Assembly (NCBI GenBank): GCA_964016885.1
Contig: OZ024746.1
Coordinates: 71,548,001 to 71,612,000, forward strand
Reading direction: 5' to 3'
Source of the DNA: Eledone cirrhosa
Taxonomy: Eukaryota
DNA length: 64,000 nucleotides
Shown here: one piece after another, positions 27,879 to 41,731 of the stretch
Layout of the letters: the number at the start of each line of letters is the position of its first letter
How positions within the stretch are numbered: the first letter of the stretch is position 1
Notes under the pieces: generated by a model
What the model was told of the DNA's origin: nothing
Database searches by the model: none
The model's input: the letters and a program-made list of their open reading frames with translations, nothing else
Translations under genes and position numbers: made by a program

Positions 27879-27933
27879 ACTGCCTGAAGAGGTCACAGCC
27901 AAAGATGGCTGTCACTGAAATATATATAGCAGT
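27879..27933 (+). ncRNA. Type I hammerhead ribozyme, canonical core, with no antisense arm
   Basis: ACTGC-CTGAAGA-GGT C ACAGCCA AAGA TGGCTGT C ACT-GAAA-TATATA-TA-GCAGT, giving a 5 bp stem I, a long stem II and a palindromic stem III. It lies about 50 nt before (TA)n. Confidence 0.85.
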
Positions 27934-27978
27934 AATAAACGAAGCTAAATTTTAAACATTTGACTTTTTATTTAACTT

Positions 27979-28048
<70 letters not shown>

Positions 28049-28623
28049 GTATGTGTGTGTGAAATCATTAGGAAAGAGTTGTGGAAGTCATTTTTGCATA
28101 AAATAAAATAGTTGATGACCTGAGTACATTATTTGAATTGTGGTCTCCTTCCGTTCCTCAACGGACAACCGTTCTATTTCATATTTTACGTACACATACA
28201 TACACACGCACATGCATGTACACACACGTGCGCACACACACGCGCACACACACACACTCACATATGCACACATACATATATATGTATGTATGTGCATGAC
28301 TAATATATAGTATTTGGTGGCTATCATAGTATCATAGCAGTTAATTCGCAACAGAGATAACATTGAGGATAAACAAACAACGTAAGTAAAACAAGAAAAT
28401 ATTGGAAACCAAGATGGCGACTGGGTGGGTTTGATGGCCAGTGAGGGAGCGACATCTGGCGGTATGCATGTCTGATAATGGAATTATGTCACCGAATATA
28501 TATTTTATTTATTTCCTTATCGTTTTCTACGAGCAAGTTCCTTTAATTGTGTTTACGTGTTAAGTCGCTTAAAGTTATCCTACACACGCGACATGTCTTA
28601 TTACACACACACACACACACACA

Positions 28624-28752
<129 letters not shown>

Positions 28753-29807
28753 GTGTGTATATATATATATATTTATATATATATATGCATATGTGCACAT
28801 GTGCATCTATGTATGTATGCATGTATGTGCATGAACGTCACTCTATGTATGTATGTATGTATCACAGTTTCCTAGGTCCAAGTAAAAGTGGTCTAGTTTG
28901 TACCTCCGATACACACATCACATCCCGCCTAGTATAATACGCCCGCGCTTTTCGGGAAAAGAGGACGGCTACGAAATACCCGTTGGGTGAGATAGATAAG
29001 AAAGCCTCTGAAACTCTATGTTGTAATAGAAAATGTCAATGGTGTCGTTACAGTATAGAAGATATGACTCCTATCAGCCTCAGTAGAACAAAATATCCAC
29101 AACTTACTCATTTATCATGAGACATGACATTCTTGCGAAAACTCTTTACAATGGTATCAGCCTGTAGGATTCTTCAGACATTCATGCCAAGAGCACACCA
29201 AAAATCAAAATGTATTAAAAATAAAAAGTAAAAAAAGAATGAAAGGAAAAGGAAATATTGTTTTTATTGGTTTTTCCATTGTTGATATTATCTGTTGGTC
29301 ACAACTCTTGAGAAAAGGAGGTGAGATTTGAAATAAGAACGCACAGAATAGGATCATGAACTGCAAAGCATCTCGTCCCACTTCGGTAGCAATTCTGCCA
29401 ATCCAGCATCTCTGGACTGACACTCTATTTATCAACCCGAAAGGATGAAATGCAATATTGACTTCGGCAGGATTTGAACATTTAATTTAAATATAAAGAA
29501 TAATGATGTAACATCCAAATAATTAAAGCAATTTGGAGCAAACACAGCAGATCTGATATAGTTCTATGGGACAGAGAACAAAACTTATGTACAGGTGTTG
29601 AGGTTAGATTGGTGTGAATCAATCATCAAAGTTTGAGGAAAATGAAACATCCATGGAGAAATAATGTCGAACCTATAGTTCTTGTATCTTGAGTAAAAAG
29701 TTTCATTTGTAGCAAGAGGTTTTGTAGCAAGAGGTTTTCCTAAAAGCCTGGAACTGCTTAGTTGTTCCAAGAAAGGAAAATACAAATGACCTCACATCCT
29801 CCAAATG

Positions 29808-30170
29808 CTTCTTCTTCTTCTTCTTCTTCTTCTTCTTCTTCTTCTTCTTCTTCTTCTTCTTCTTCTTCTTCTTCTTCTTCTTCTTCTTCTTCTTCTTCTT
29901 CTTCTTCTTCTTCTTCCAGAGAAGGTCGTTGGAGCAGAGATCACAAACACTCCTTCCAGCGGGTCCTATCAGAAGCAACCGCCTCCAACTGATCCGGCTG
30001 GATCACCAAGCAAGATCAGCCAAGCTCATGGATGTTATCCAACCATCTTGCTCAGAGTCTACTCCTGGGTCTCCTATCGGTTGGTTCTGCCTGTAAAAAT
30101 CTGTCCAGAGATTATTTCCTGAGACATTCTAACCACATGCCCATAGTATCGGCGGTGTTGTGATCTCTCA
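29808..30170 (-). mobile_element. RTE-clade LINE 3' end with (GAA)n tail
   Basis: Homologous to 15518-15880 (GAGACATTCTAACCACATGCCCATAGTATCG = RYYGHVVRMS on minus). Confidence 0.82.
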
Positions 30171-30519
30171 GTTCTCCTCCAAATGTAATCCATTAAATGT
30201 ACAGAGGAGAATAGCAAACAAAGAATCTTTATTTGAGTTGCCTGGAATTACCTAATAATATTTACCTAATAATATTTGAATAATGACATTATCATTTCTG
30301 CAAAGAGATTGCATCGTTGCCTGTCCCTCAGATACGTGACATTACATTTGCATACTGTAGCGTATTCTTCACCACGACACACCACTACAATGAGGTGAGA
30401 TTTCAAAGAGATCTGGCAGTTATTTCTAGCACATCGAGCCTCCAGAGCTGCCGTGTTTCGAATGCCTGTTAGGGATAGATAAGATAAATCTTGACCACTA
30501 ACAGCGACCCCCCACTACC

Positions 30520-30557
<38 letters not shown>

Positions 30558-30560
30558 AAC

Positions 30561-30595
<35 letters not shown>

Positions 30596-30614
30596 TCACC
30601 ACCACCACCAACAA

Positions 30615-30674
<60 letters not shown>

Positions 30675-30808
30675 CTTATATATCAGGTACAAGGTAATAA
30701 ATGTCACTAACATCTGCCGTGTGTCACGTGAATGGTAGTAGAGCTTTTTGTTTTATGCATACATACACACACAAACAAATACAAACACACGGATACACAC
30801 ATACGCAT

Positions 30809-30842
<34 letters not shown>

Positions 30843-30891
30843 ATATAGTTAAGTTTCGGACAGCACGTTTACACTTCACCTGGCACACGTA

Positions 30892-30925
<34 letters not shown>

Positions 30926-30947
30926 TAGCTAAAAAATAAAAAAAATA

Positions 30948-30985
<38 letters not shown>

Positions 30986-31087
30986 TGTGTGTGTGTACAT
31001 ATACATATATGCACACGCATGCACACATACACACACACATATAAATCAAACATCTCACCCCCATATATATATAAAGAGAGAGAGAGA

Positions 31088-31122
<35 letters not shown>

Positions 31123-31127
31123 CGAGC

Positions 31128-31198
<71 letters not shown>

Positions 31199-31205
31199 GA
31201 AGAAA

Positions 31206-31264
<59 letters not shown>

Positions 31265-31601
31265 AGTAAAATCAAAGTCAGTTTTGCAGCGTCTCGCATA
31301 TCTGACGAAATGTCGAAAAAGAGTCGAGCCCTGTCATTTAGATTGTAGCCTGCGCTGATCGATATCAAACAGTTGCAATATGCCAATAAATTTTGTATAT
31401 ATGCTGCAACACTAACATCGATTCTATTTAATCTATGTACACTCTGTGCACTATAGCCGCCTCAATTTTGGAATGCAACCCACACGTGAGAGACCTCGGA
31501 ACAGCATTATATGGTTCGAACCGCGCGCCGCCTGTAAATGTAATAACACACATAACTAACACACACAGACACAAATACACACGCACGCGCGCACACACAC
31601 G

Positions 31602-31684
<83 letters not shown>

Positions 31685-31693
31685 GCACGCACG

Positions 31694-31724
<31 letters not shown>

Positions 31725-31729
<5 letters not shown>

Positions 31730-32125
31730 ATAGAAAAAAAGAGGAAGTTTCGTTTACATATGAAAAATATTTATTGCGTATCGACCTGTTGCGCGAATTT
31801 CGCAGAGGATTGGCTCAAGTTGACCGATAGGACTTATAAACCCGACTCCAGTATCGATCTGCTCTTCAGACTGGTGATGCGACAAAAGATATATTTTGGT
31901 CGCATCACCAGTCTGAGGAGCAGATCGATACTTGAGTCGGGTCCGTAACTCCTATGGGTCAACTTGAGCCAATCCTCTGCGAAACGCGCCTAACAGGTCG
32001 ATAAACAATAAATATTTTTCATACGCAAACGAAACTTCCTCGTTTTTTCTATTATATACACTCTGCCTGTGCATAGAGTGCTTGATTCGGTACCCACACT
32101 AGTATTTCACCGTACTACCTACACT
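31725..32125 (+). mobile_element. Fold-back element with extended-stem-II hammerhead (family J; core 31904-32002)
   Basis: Diverged arms about 31725-31888 and 31894-32058. CCAGT-CTGA(G/A)GA-GCAGA...about 50 nt...TCTGC-GAAA-CGCG. The tail has ATAGAGTGC. Confidence 0.7.
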
Positions 32126-32205
32126 ATATATATTTATATATATATATATATATAATCACATATTTTGTACATCCTTCTCCTCTCCCCCCCTCTCTTTCTC
32201 TCTCT

Positions 32206-32262
<57 letters not shown>

Positions 32263-32474
32263 ACGTGTAGTCAAGGTTTCTCCACTCAAATTCGTCATCG
32301 TCAATTTCTTCGTATAGTGCGAATTTTTTTTATTCTGAATAGTAAGAAATTGACGCCAGAGATTACGTATCGCTAAATTGTAAAAGAAAGTAAATAGTTT
32401 AATGTTTTGCAAAGGATTCCAAATTTTGCACCCTATATTGCCGTAAAAAACATCTAGAACTATGAATACTAGAT

Positions 32475-32527
<53 letters not shown>

Positions 32528-32742
32528 GTGAGGTTTTTTTTTACAAAATGAAAAATAACCGAGGTGTCCTACACGAGTGAAAGTATAAAGAAAAAAAGAT
32601 GAAATCGAAAATGCAACTGGAGTCTTATTTAAAAAAAAAAATATATATTTATTTGGTTCCTTTATCGGTTTCGCAGTTTTTCTGCTTTTCAAAAGTAGAG
32701 TTAAGATGGAGGGTCTGTGGTTTTTCTCACATATATATTTTT

Positions 32743-32782
<40 letters not shown>

Positions 32783-32785
<3 letters not shown>

Positions 32786-32894
32786 AACGAGTAGGACCCC
32801 GACGGCTGAGGTCAAGCCGTTTCGACGGCTAATTCTGGACTACCCTAAGTATTGAGTACTTTGGTGTGTTATGGTCCACCTGGTTCCTTACCAC

Positions 32895-32932
<38 letters not shown>

Positions 32933-33003
32933 CGTAGGAAATGTGGTAAGGAACCAGGTGGACCATAACACACCAAAGTACTCAATACTTAGGGTAGTCC
33001 AGA

Positions 33004-33005
<2 letters not shown>
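32783..33005. mobile_element. Family C derivative with tail-to-tail inverted duplication across a (TA)n tract
   Basis: 32832-32898 is the exact reverse complement of 32939-33005. Confidence 0.8.
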
Positions 33006-33034
<29 letters not shown>

Positions 33035-33499
33035 CGCTTAACATATTCCTAAAATATCGGCTTCGGTAAACAAAGTTGGCCCTGTATTGATCAGATTAAG
33101 GAATGGCACTGCAACCAGCAGATCAGGATTGCAACCAAGAACGAATGATTGGAGTCAATGCAATCTGGAACTGCTTAATATAAAGCAGCGGAGAGCGAAT
33201 GTTTGAAGCGAATGCATGTACGCGCTAGCAGAAGACAGCCGAAAGAGAATGGTTGGACTTAGTTGCTTCTAAAAAATATTTCTTGCTTCTTCTATCTGGC
33301 AAAATCAAAAGAACACGGAGACCTGAGTTCCCATTAAATTAATCCGGCACTCTAATACTCAGCCAGCTGGAGAGTGCAATTTTCAATGCTAGTTTTAAGA
33401 GAGTTAAGACTCGTGAATAATGAATAAAAGGTTAAACTGATGTTATTCGCTTTTGTCTTTACTTTTATAAAATATAGTATTTAGTTTTAAATATATGTA

Positions 33500-33800
33500 T
33501 CATCATCATCATCATCATCATCATCAACGTTTAACGTCCGTGTTCCACGCTTGCATGGGTTTGGACGGGGGCATTCCCACTTGAGGCAAGAGTGGTTGTC
33601 TTGCTCGCATAGGACTGTCTGGCAGGTTTTCTACAGTTGGATGCCCTTCCTAACACCAACCACATTTACAGTGTGGGTCTGGGAGGTTTTTACCGTGTTG
33701 CCTACACGGCCACATTTACAGCGTGGACTGTGTGTTTTTTTGTCGTGACACCTACACGATCTCATTTGTTTCGGCCTGGATGGTGTGGCACCAACATAAC
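33500..33800 (-). mobile_element. RTE-related SINE or LINE 3' end with (GAT)n tail
   Basis: The minus strand has GGTGTTAGGAAGGGCATCCAACTGTAGAAAACC and ends GGACGTTAAACG(TTG)ATGATGATG. Confidence 0.65.
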
Positions 33801-35249
33801 TTTAGAAGGTGGGTGGGGTGGATGGGGGGGGGGGTGTATATTTATGATAATGCATGATGCAACAATTTCTTTACAGTAATTTGTAACTCTTTGCAGAACT
33901 TTGAAATGTTTACATTTTTTTACAATTCTGTTACAAGTAAACACTAGTATCAATGCCTCACTCTTCAAAAAAATTCAAAAAAAATAAAGAATTCGCTCCA
34001 TCTTGCAGTGACGATAAAATTGAAATTCCTGATGATGAAATTAAAGTTGGAGATGATGAAATTAAGGCTGATATGACGAAATTGACGTTGATAAAGATTT
34101 TCGAGGGAGAAATTCTGTATATATATATATATATATATATGGAGAGATAGGTGGAGTCATAGCTGTGTAGTTAAGGAATGGATTCGGGTATAATCTCACT
34201 GAGTTGTATCTGGGCAAGTATCTAGAAATGACGCCTGTTTTAACATCCCCACTAATTCTCTCTGCCATAGCCGTTTCCATTCTATATCAATTTTTACAAA
34301 AAAATTCCCCGTTTTCCAGGCTTTAGATGGATGTCGAATTCGAATTTTTTTCATGAAATAGTTTGGAATAAACATCTATTTGTGGTGCTTCGTAGATATA
34401 TGAAATCATGACGTTAATTAAAGACAAACAGATAAAGTTGGAATCTTTGTTACATTGATTTGTGGGATATATTGGTAGAATCGTTAAAGCGTCGGATAAA
34501 ATACCTTACGGCAGTTAGTTAAGGATCTTTACGTTCTGATTTCAAATCCAGCTGGAGTCAACTTTCAGTCTTCTGTGGGTCAATAAAATAATGTCAAGGA
34601 TAGGAATAAAAGTCAATTGAAATTGTTAGCTATTATGCCTAAACTCCATCCATTTATGGACCTTGAAATCCTGATAGAGACATAGAGGCCCTGTTGTAAC
34701 CTAAGGTATGTCTTGGGCACTTACATCTGGTGGAGCTCACCACTGGTCAGGTTTGAACATAGTTTGTTTTTCCAGAGAACTGTAAAGGAAGAGAACGTGA
34801 GAGAATACGTAGGAAAAAGTAGATGACTGTATATAATTTATCGGCCTTGAAAGAATGAAAATCAAAATTGACTGCCTTAGGATTTGAACTCAAGGCACAG
34901 AGAACCGGAAGAAATGGTGCTAAGTATTCATCTTGATGTGCTAAAGAATCTGTCATTTCGCCAGCTTATTGCCTAAATTAGAAACCATTATATAAGTTTT
35001 GAGGTCAATTTTCATTTTCATCCTTTCGAGATCAATAAAAAATATACCAGGCTAGGGCTAGGATTGATTCTTTCTCTATATCTCTTTCTCACTTCCTCTC
35101 TGTCACTTTCTATCCTTCTCTGGAAGAAATCTGCTCTGTCCAGACCTAGTGAGGGATGGGCTCCGCCAGGCTTAAAATTCCCAAGAAACGCCGTATGCCT
35201 CTATGGTGCCTCTACGACGCTATCAGGAGTTACGGCACCATAACATACC

Positions 35250-35850
35250 ATATTCGTTATGACAGAATATCGATATATACCACTGACCATCCTCAGACAC
35301 ACACCTTCCCATTCATCAGTCCACCCCTATATATTGCTCAACCTTCATCAAACATCCACTGATAACTCAGTTAAATTAAACATTATCCCTATCATATATA
35401 CATCCACCCAGCCAGCCCTCAACTAAATATAGCTCCACCTTCACCATACATTCACCTAGTCTTCAGTTAAATATGTCCCCGCCTTCAACATACATCCACC
35501 CAGCCACACCAGCTGAAAAAAAAAACAACATAACCTCATCATACATCCATCCACCTAGACATAAACAAGCCCCACCCTCAACATATATCTACCTATCTCT
35601 CAGCTAAATAAAGCCCCACCTTCACCATTTATCCATCCACCCCTGAGCTAAATAAAGCCCCACACTCACCATTTATCCACCCACCCTCTAAGCTAAATAA
35701 AAACTCACCATGCCCAGCCCTACGATAAATAAGTCTCACCTTCACCATAAATCCACCCACACACTCAGCTAAATAAAAGCCCACAACTACCACACAGCCA
35801 CCGACCCCTCAAATTAGTATAGCCACCCCCTCCCCATGCATCTGTACACC
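35250..35850. repeat. Degenerate minisatellite, unit about 45-50 bp
   Basis: Recurrent CAGCTAAATAAAGCCCCACCTTCACCATACATCCACCCA-like unit. Confidence 0.75.
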
Positions 35851-36072
35851 CAGCCAGCCGCCACCTTGTTACCCGTCAAACTTCAATCTGTGACAAACAA
35901 TTCAATTGATTAAGTCTTTTGTTCTGAAGTAGAGGTCAAACACTGAAGTAAAGCCGATTCATCGATTGATGTGGTGGTGGTGACGGTGGTGGTGGCGGTG
36001 GTGGCGGTAGTGGTGGCGGTAGTGGTGGTGGTGGTGGTGGTTTAATGAGGTTTGTCAAGCGTTCCGATGTAC

Positions 36073-36169
<97 letters not shown>

Positions 36170-36284
36170 GTGGGTGTGTTAGTTCCATTGACTCAGCTGT
36201 TACATAATATTTTTCCCCTCAAATTGATGAAAATCGCTGACTTGTCACTGTCTGTACACACACACACACAAAAACACACACACA

Positions 36285-36351
<67 letters not shown>

Positions 36352-36506
36352 GTATGTGTGTATGTATATATATATATATATGTATGTATGTATATATGTG
36401 TTTTTGTTTTCATGCATGTATATAAAATATAAGTGTGTGTTGTGTGTGTGTTTGACATGGTTCTATGGGGAACAGCTTTTCATTTAGACATGTATTGGAA
36501 ACACGC

Positions 36507-36539
<33 letters not shown>

Positions 36540-37399
36540 GTCAATATCAATGCTGATTGAGCCTAACTATGGACAAATATGTTCCAGCCGTGACCAACCA
36601 ACTCGTTTTATTTTCAAATATACCAGGGACAATATTGTGCGATAGGTCCATCACTTTTCAGTTGGAAAGTGGTAACCAGCGCGTCTCACTCGATATCATC
36701 CGGGGAAACGTCTTCTCCTTTCTGTCCACGGCGAGGGGACCCTCACTTGCTCCTAATAGTGTGAGATGGAGAGAGCGGGAAAGACGGATGCAGTGACATT
36801 GACTGTTTGGTTCTTTTGTGTTCGGACCTTGCATGTATATGTTTCACGGATGCGAACTCATGTATGTGATGGAGATAGCAGTGAGTGGTAACCCGAGGGA
36901 GAATTAGAGAGTTATTTCACGCAGTTCGAATGACTACGTAGACGCTTTCTTTCTGGTGTATTGCTGTTATAGTTGTTGCTGTTGTTATTTAGCTCTAGGT
37001 CAATATACTAGTTGGATAGATAGAATCAAAGGCATTCTATTTCATTGTGACTACATTATAGAATTTCCGAATTCCGCTGATTAAGATTTGTCGATGTGTT
37101 TACTGCTATTTCTAGCAAGTATATGACCACGGAGTGGTTCCTTCGATTTGCTCTTTATTTTTACTCTTTAATAATCAGTTTTAGCGCTTTCAAAGATGAT
37201 GGGAAAGAGGGTGAAAGGTGTAATTAAACTATAGCTATGGTCCTAATGCTTAGAAGAGAATGAAATCTGCTAAAAGACTCTGATAAGGCACCCAAGGGTC
37301 AGGGGATGATGTTAACTAGGTTAACGGATTATCTCGCATACAAGTAGATCTAACGGGATTTGAACTCAGAATGCAAAGATCTGGAACAGTGGCGTTGGC

Positions 37400-39500
37400 A
37401 GTGGTGGTGTAATGTAGTGTAGTGGTGCTGTAGTGTAGTGGTGGTGGTGTAATACTGTGTGTCATTGGTAGATGAGAGTGTGGTAGTGGTGGAGGTGTTT
37501 GTGGTGGTGTAATAATGTGTGTCATTGGTAGATGAGAGTGTGGTGGTGGTGGTGGTAGTGGTGGTGTAATACTGTGTGTCATTGGTAGATGAGAGTGTGG
37601 TGGTGGTGGTGGTAGTGGTGGTGTAATACTGTGTGTCATTGGTAGATGAGAGTGTGGAGGTGGTGGTGGTGGTAGTGGTGGTGGTGGTGTAATACTGAGT
37701 GTCATTGGTAGATGAGAGTGTGGTGGTGGTGGTGGTGGTGGTGGTGTAATACTGTGTATCATTGGTAGATGAGAGTGTGGAGGTGGTGGTGGTGGTGGTA
37801 GTGGTGGTGGTGTAATACTGAGTGTCATTGGTAGATGAGAGTGTGGAGGTGGTGGTGGTGGTGGTGGTGTAATACTGTGTATCATTGGTAGATGAGAGTG
37901 TGGAGGTGGTGGTGGTGGTGGTGGTAGTGGTGGTGGTGTAATACTGTGTGTCATTGGTTGGTAGATGAGAGTGTGGAGGTGGTGGTGGTGGTGGTGGTGT
38001 AATACTGTGTATCATTGGTAGATGAGAGTGTGGTGGTGGTGGTGGTGGTGGTGGTGTAATACTGTGTGTCATTGGTAGATGAGAGTGTGGAGGTGGTGGT
38101 GGTGGTGGTGGTGGTGGTGGTGTAATACTGTGTGTCATTGGTAGATGAGAGTGTGGAGGTGGTGGTGGTGGTGGTGGTGGTGTAATACTGTGTGTCATTG
38201 GTTGGTAGATGAGAGTGTGGAGGTGGTGGTGGTGGTGGTGGTGTAATACTGTGTGTCATTGGTAGATGAGAGTGTGGAGGTGGTGGTGGTGGTGGTGGTG
38301 TAATACTGTGTGTCATTGGTAGATGAGTGTGGAGGTGGTGGTGGTGGTGTAATACTGTGTGTCATTGGTTGGTAGATGAGAGTGTGGAGGTGGTGGTGGT
38401 GTAATACTGTGTGTCATTGGTTGGTAGATGAGAGTGTGGAGGTGGTGGTGGTGTAATACTGTGTGTCATTGGTTGGTAGATGAGAGTGTGGAGGTGGTGG
38501 TGGTGTAATACTGTGTGTCATTGGTTGGTAGATGAGTGTGGAGGTGGTGGTGGTGGTGGTGGTGGTGGTGGTGTAATACTGTGTGTCATTGGTGGTGGTG
38601 GTGGTGGTAGTGGTGGTGTAATACTGTGTGTCATTGGTAGATGAGAGTGTGGAGGTGGTGGTGGTGGTGTAATACTGTGTGTCATTGGTGGTGGTGGTGG
38701 TGGTAGTGGTGGTGTAATACTGTGTGTCATTGGTAGATGAGAGTGTGGAGGTGGTGGTGGTGGTGGTGGTGGTGGTGTAATACTGTGTGTCATTGGTGGT
38801 GGTGGTGGTGGTGGTGGTGTTGTAATACTGTGTGTCATTGGTAGATGAGAGTGTGGTGGTTGTGGTGGTGGTGGTGTTGTAATACTGTGTGTCATTGGTA
38901 GATGAGAGTGTGGTGGTGGTGGTGGTGGTGGCGGTGGTGTAATACTGTGTATCATTGGCAGTTGAGAGTGTGGTGGTGGTGTAATACTGTGTGTCATTGG
39001 TAGATGTGAGTGTGGTGGTGGTGGTGGTGGTGGCGGTGGTGTAATACTGTGTATCATTGGCAGTTGAGAGTGTGGTGGTGGTGGTGGTGGTGGTGGTGGT
39101 GGTGGTGGTGTTGTAATACTGTGTGTCATTGGTAGATGAGAGTGTGGTGGTTGTGGTGGTGGTGGTGGTGTAATACTGTGTGTCATTGGTAGATGAGAGT
39201 GTGGTGGTGGTGGTGGTGGTGGCGGTGGTGTAATACTGTGTATCATTGGCAGTTGAGAGTGTGGTGGTGGTGTAATACTGTGTGTCATTGGTAGATGTGA
39301 GTGTGGTGGTGGTGGTGGTGGTGGTGGTGGTGTAATACTGTGTATCATTGGTAGTTGAGAGTGTGGTGGTGTTTTGTTGATAATGTTGGTAGTAGTGACG
39401 GTGGTGTAGTGTGGAGTTCGTGGTGGCGGTTGTAGTGGTGGTTGCATAGTGTAGTAGTGTATTGATATTATAGTGTAGTGTAGTGTTGTTGTTGTTGATG
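37400..39500. repeat. Minisatellite: conserved GTAATACTGTGTGTCATTGGTAGATGAGAGTGT core plus variable (GGT)n spacer
   Basis: Several dozen units are directly visible, with variant units (ATTGGTTGG, GGCAGTTGAG) in blocks. Confidence 0.95.
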
Positions 39501-40028
39501 GTGGTGGTGGTGTCGTGTGGGGTGGACTGAGGGTGATGTACCCCATGTCGGGTGTTTGACATACACAAAACAGAGACATATAGCTACTGACTGCTGTTTA
39601 TAACAGTTATACACTTCTGTTAGGAGAGATGGTGGTGTAGTGTAGCGTGGAGGTGGTAGTGTTGTTAGAGATGCATCGCCATCTTGAATTTCCTGTACAC
39701 GTTCAGATGTTGTGACACTGAGATCATCATCATCATCATCATCATCATCAATAACAAGATTATAATTAATAGCAACAACAATAACGCAACCAACAAGAAC
39801 AACATCAACATCAACATCAACAACACTAACATCACCAACAACAACTCGAACAGCAATAACAGATACACCTTTTCCATTAGCTTGAAGATAGGCAAATGTC
39901 ATTTTAAACATGCGCATTCGGCGTAAGAAAATAGAAATATTAACACACACACACACCCACACACACACACTTACATATGTATGTATATATGTATGTATGG
40001 ATGGATGGAATGAAGGATGTATGTATGC

Positions 40029-40097
<69 letters not shown>

Positions 40098-40629
40098 TAA
40101 AAGGAAAAGAAAATGCTGACAAATTTTTCCCGTGAAAAATAGTTTAATTAGGAATAAGTATAAATTAATAATAAGTATTGGTTAGTATTCACCTTTAGTT
40201 TTAAGTTTTTACCGGTTGCGCATTTCTAATGCTTTTCAAAAATAATTTTGAGATAGAGTGCCCGTGATGTTTGCTCTAATTTGATTAGTTTTGGAAATTC
40301 TACCTGTTTTATGTGAAAAAAGTGACTCAAGGTGTATTAAAATAAGTTTCGCGCCAATTCGTGTTGCAAAAATTCTAGTGGTGAAAAAAGTGGCTCCAGA
40401 GGTATTAAGATTTGGTTCGTTGTTGAATGTCACGTGAATGAGTACTATAAATTTCGTGCCAATTCGTGTTGCAAAAATTCTTGTAGTCAAAACAATTTTG
40501 ATTGGTCGGTAGAGGTCACGTAAATGTTAAAAATTGATTTTGTTGAATTACCAACAAATTAAATATCCCTTTTGCTTACATACACACATACATATATACA
40601 CACACACATACATATATATATATATAAAT

Positions 40630-41016
<387 letters not shown>

Positions 41017-41117
41017 TATATAAATATATATAAATATATATAATATATATGGAAGTGAGAGACTGAACCAGTAATACACCCTCTCTCTCTATATATATAC
41101 ACATATATACATACCTG

Positions 41118-41197
<80 letters not shown>

Positions 41198-41214
41198 CAT
41201 ATATCTATTCATTC

Positions 41215-41445
41215 TTCCATTAACATTACAAGTCAGGTCAGATCGATACAGATCGAACCTTGAGCTGATTAGTGGCGAAACGCGCGTCACCAACCAATAA
41301 ACGCAATGAAGGAGTAACCAATCGTCCTTGTTATCCCACTTCACTATAATACACTCTGTCTAGCTCTACACCTTGACACTGAAGTGAACCTAAACATCGA
41401 GTGCTCACCCGGGTGAACCTACAGTAACTCCAAGTTACACTCCCT

Positions 41446-41450
<5 letters not shown>
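41215..41450 (+). mobile_element. 5'-truncated family J-like element with 3' half of a hammerhead
   Basis: CAGATCGATAC...CTTGAGC...GC-GAAA-CGCGCG-TC-ACCAA resembles 31921-31995. The tail has ATCGAGTGC then (TA)n. Confidence 0.55.
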
Positions 41451-41540
<90 letters not shown>

Positions 41541-41666
41541 TTTGTATGGCCTTTATAACCTATGTTTATTGCTCTAGTCTCTTAGCCTATGGACCGCTTG
41601 CCAGCATGACTCGGAATTTGCGCTACGTTTCACTTTTACTACCCGCCGAAATGCGATTCTCGCTGA

Positions 41667-41731
<65 letters not shown>

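Noticed and set aside
28929-28956. Second Helitron 3' end on the minus strand (CCCG..CGGG hairpin then CTAG)
   Set aside because: CTAG is followed by G rather than T and the stem is only 4 bp. Too weak to call.
31295-31335. CTGACGA-AATGTC-GAAA hammerhead-like string
   Set aside because: No stem I or stem III pairing could be formed, so it is likely chance. The same applies to CTGATGA at about 52785, which has no GAAA partner.
37400-39500. Repeat-spacer array superficially like CRISPR
   Set aside because: Spacers are (GGT)n rather than unique sequence, the context is eukaryotic, and there are no cas genes.
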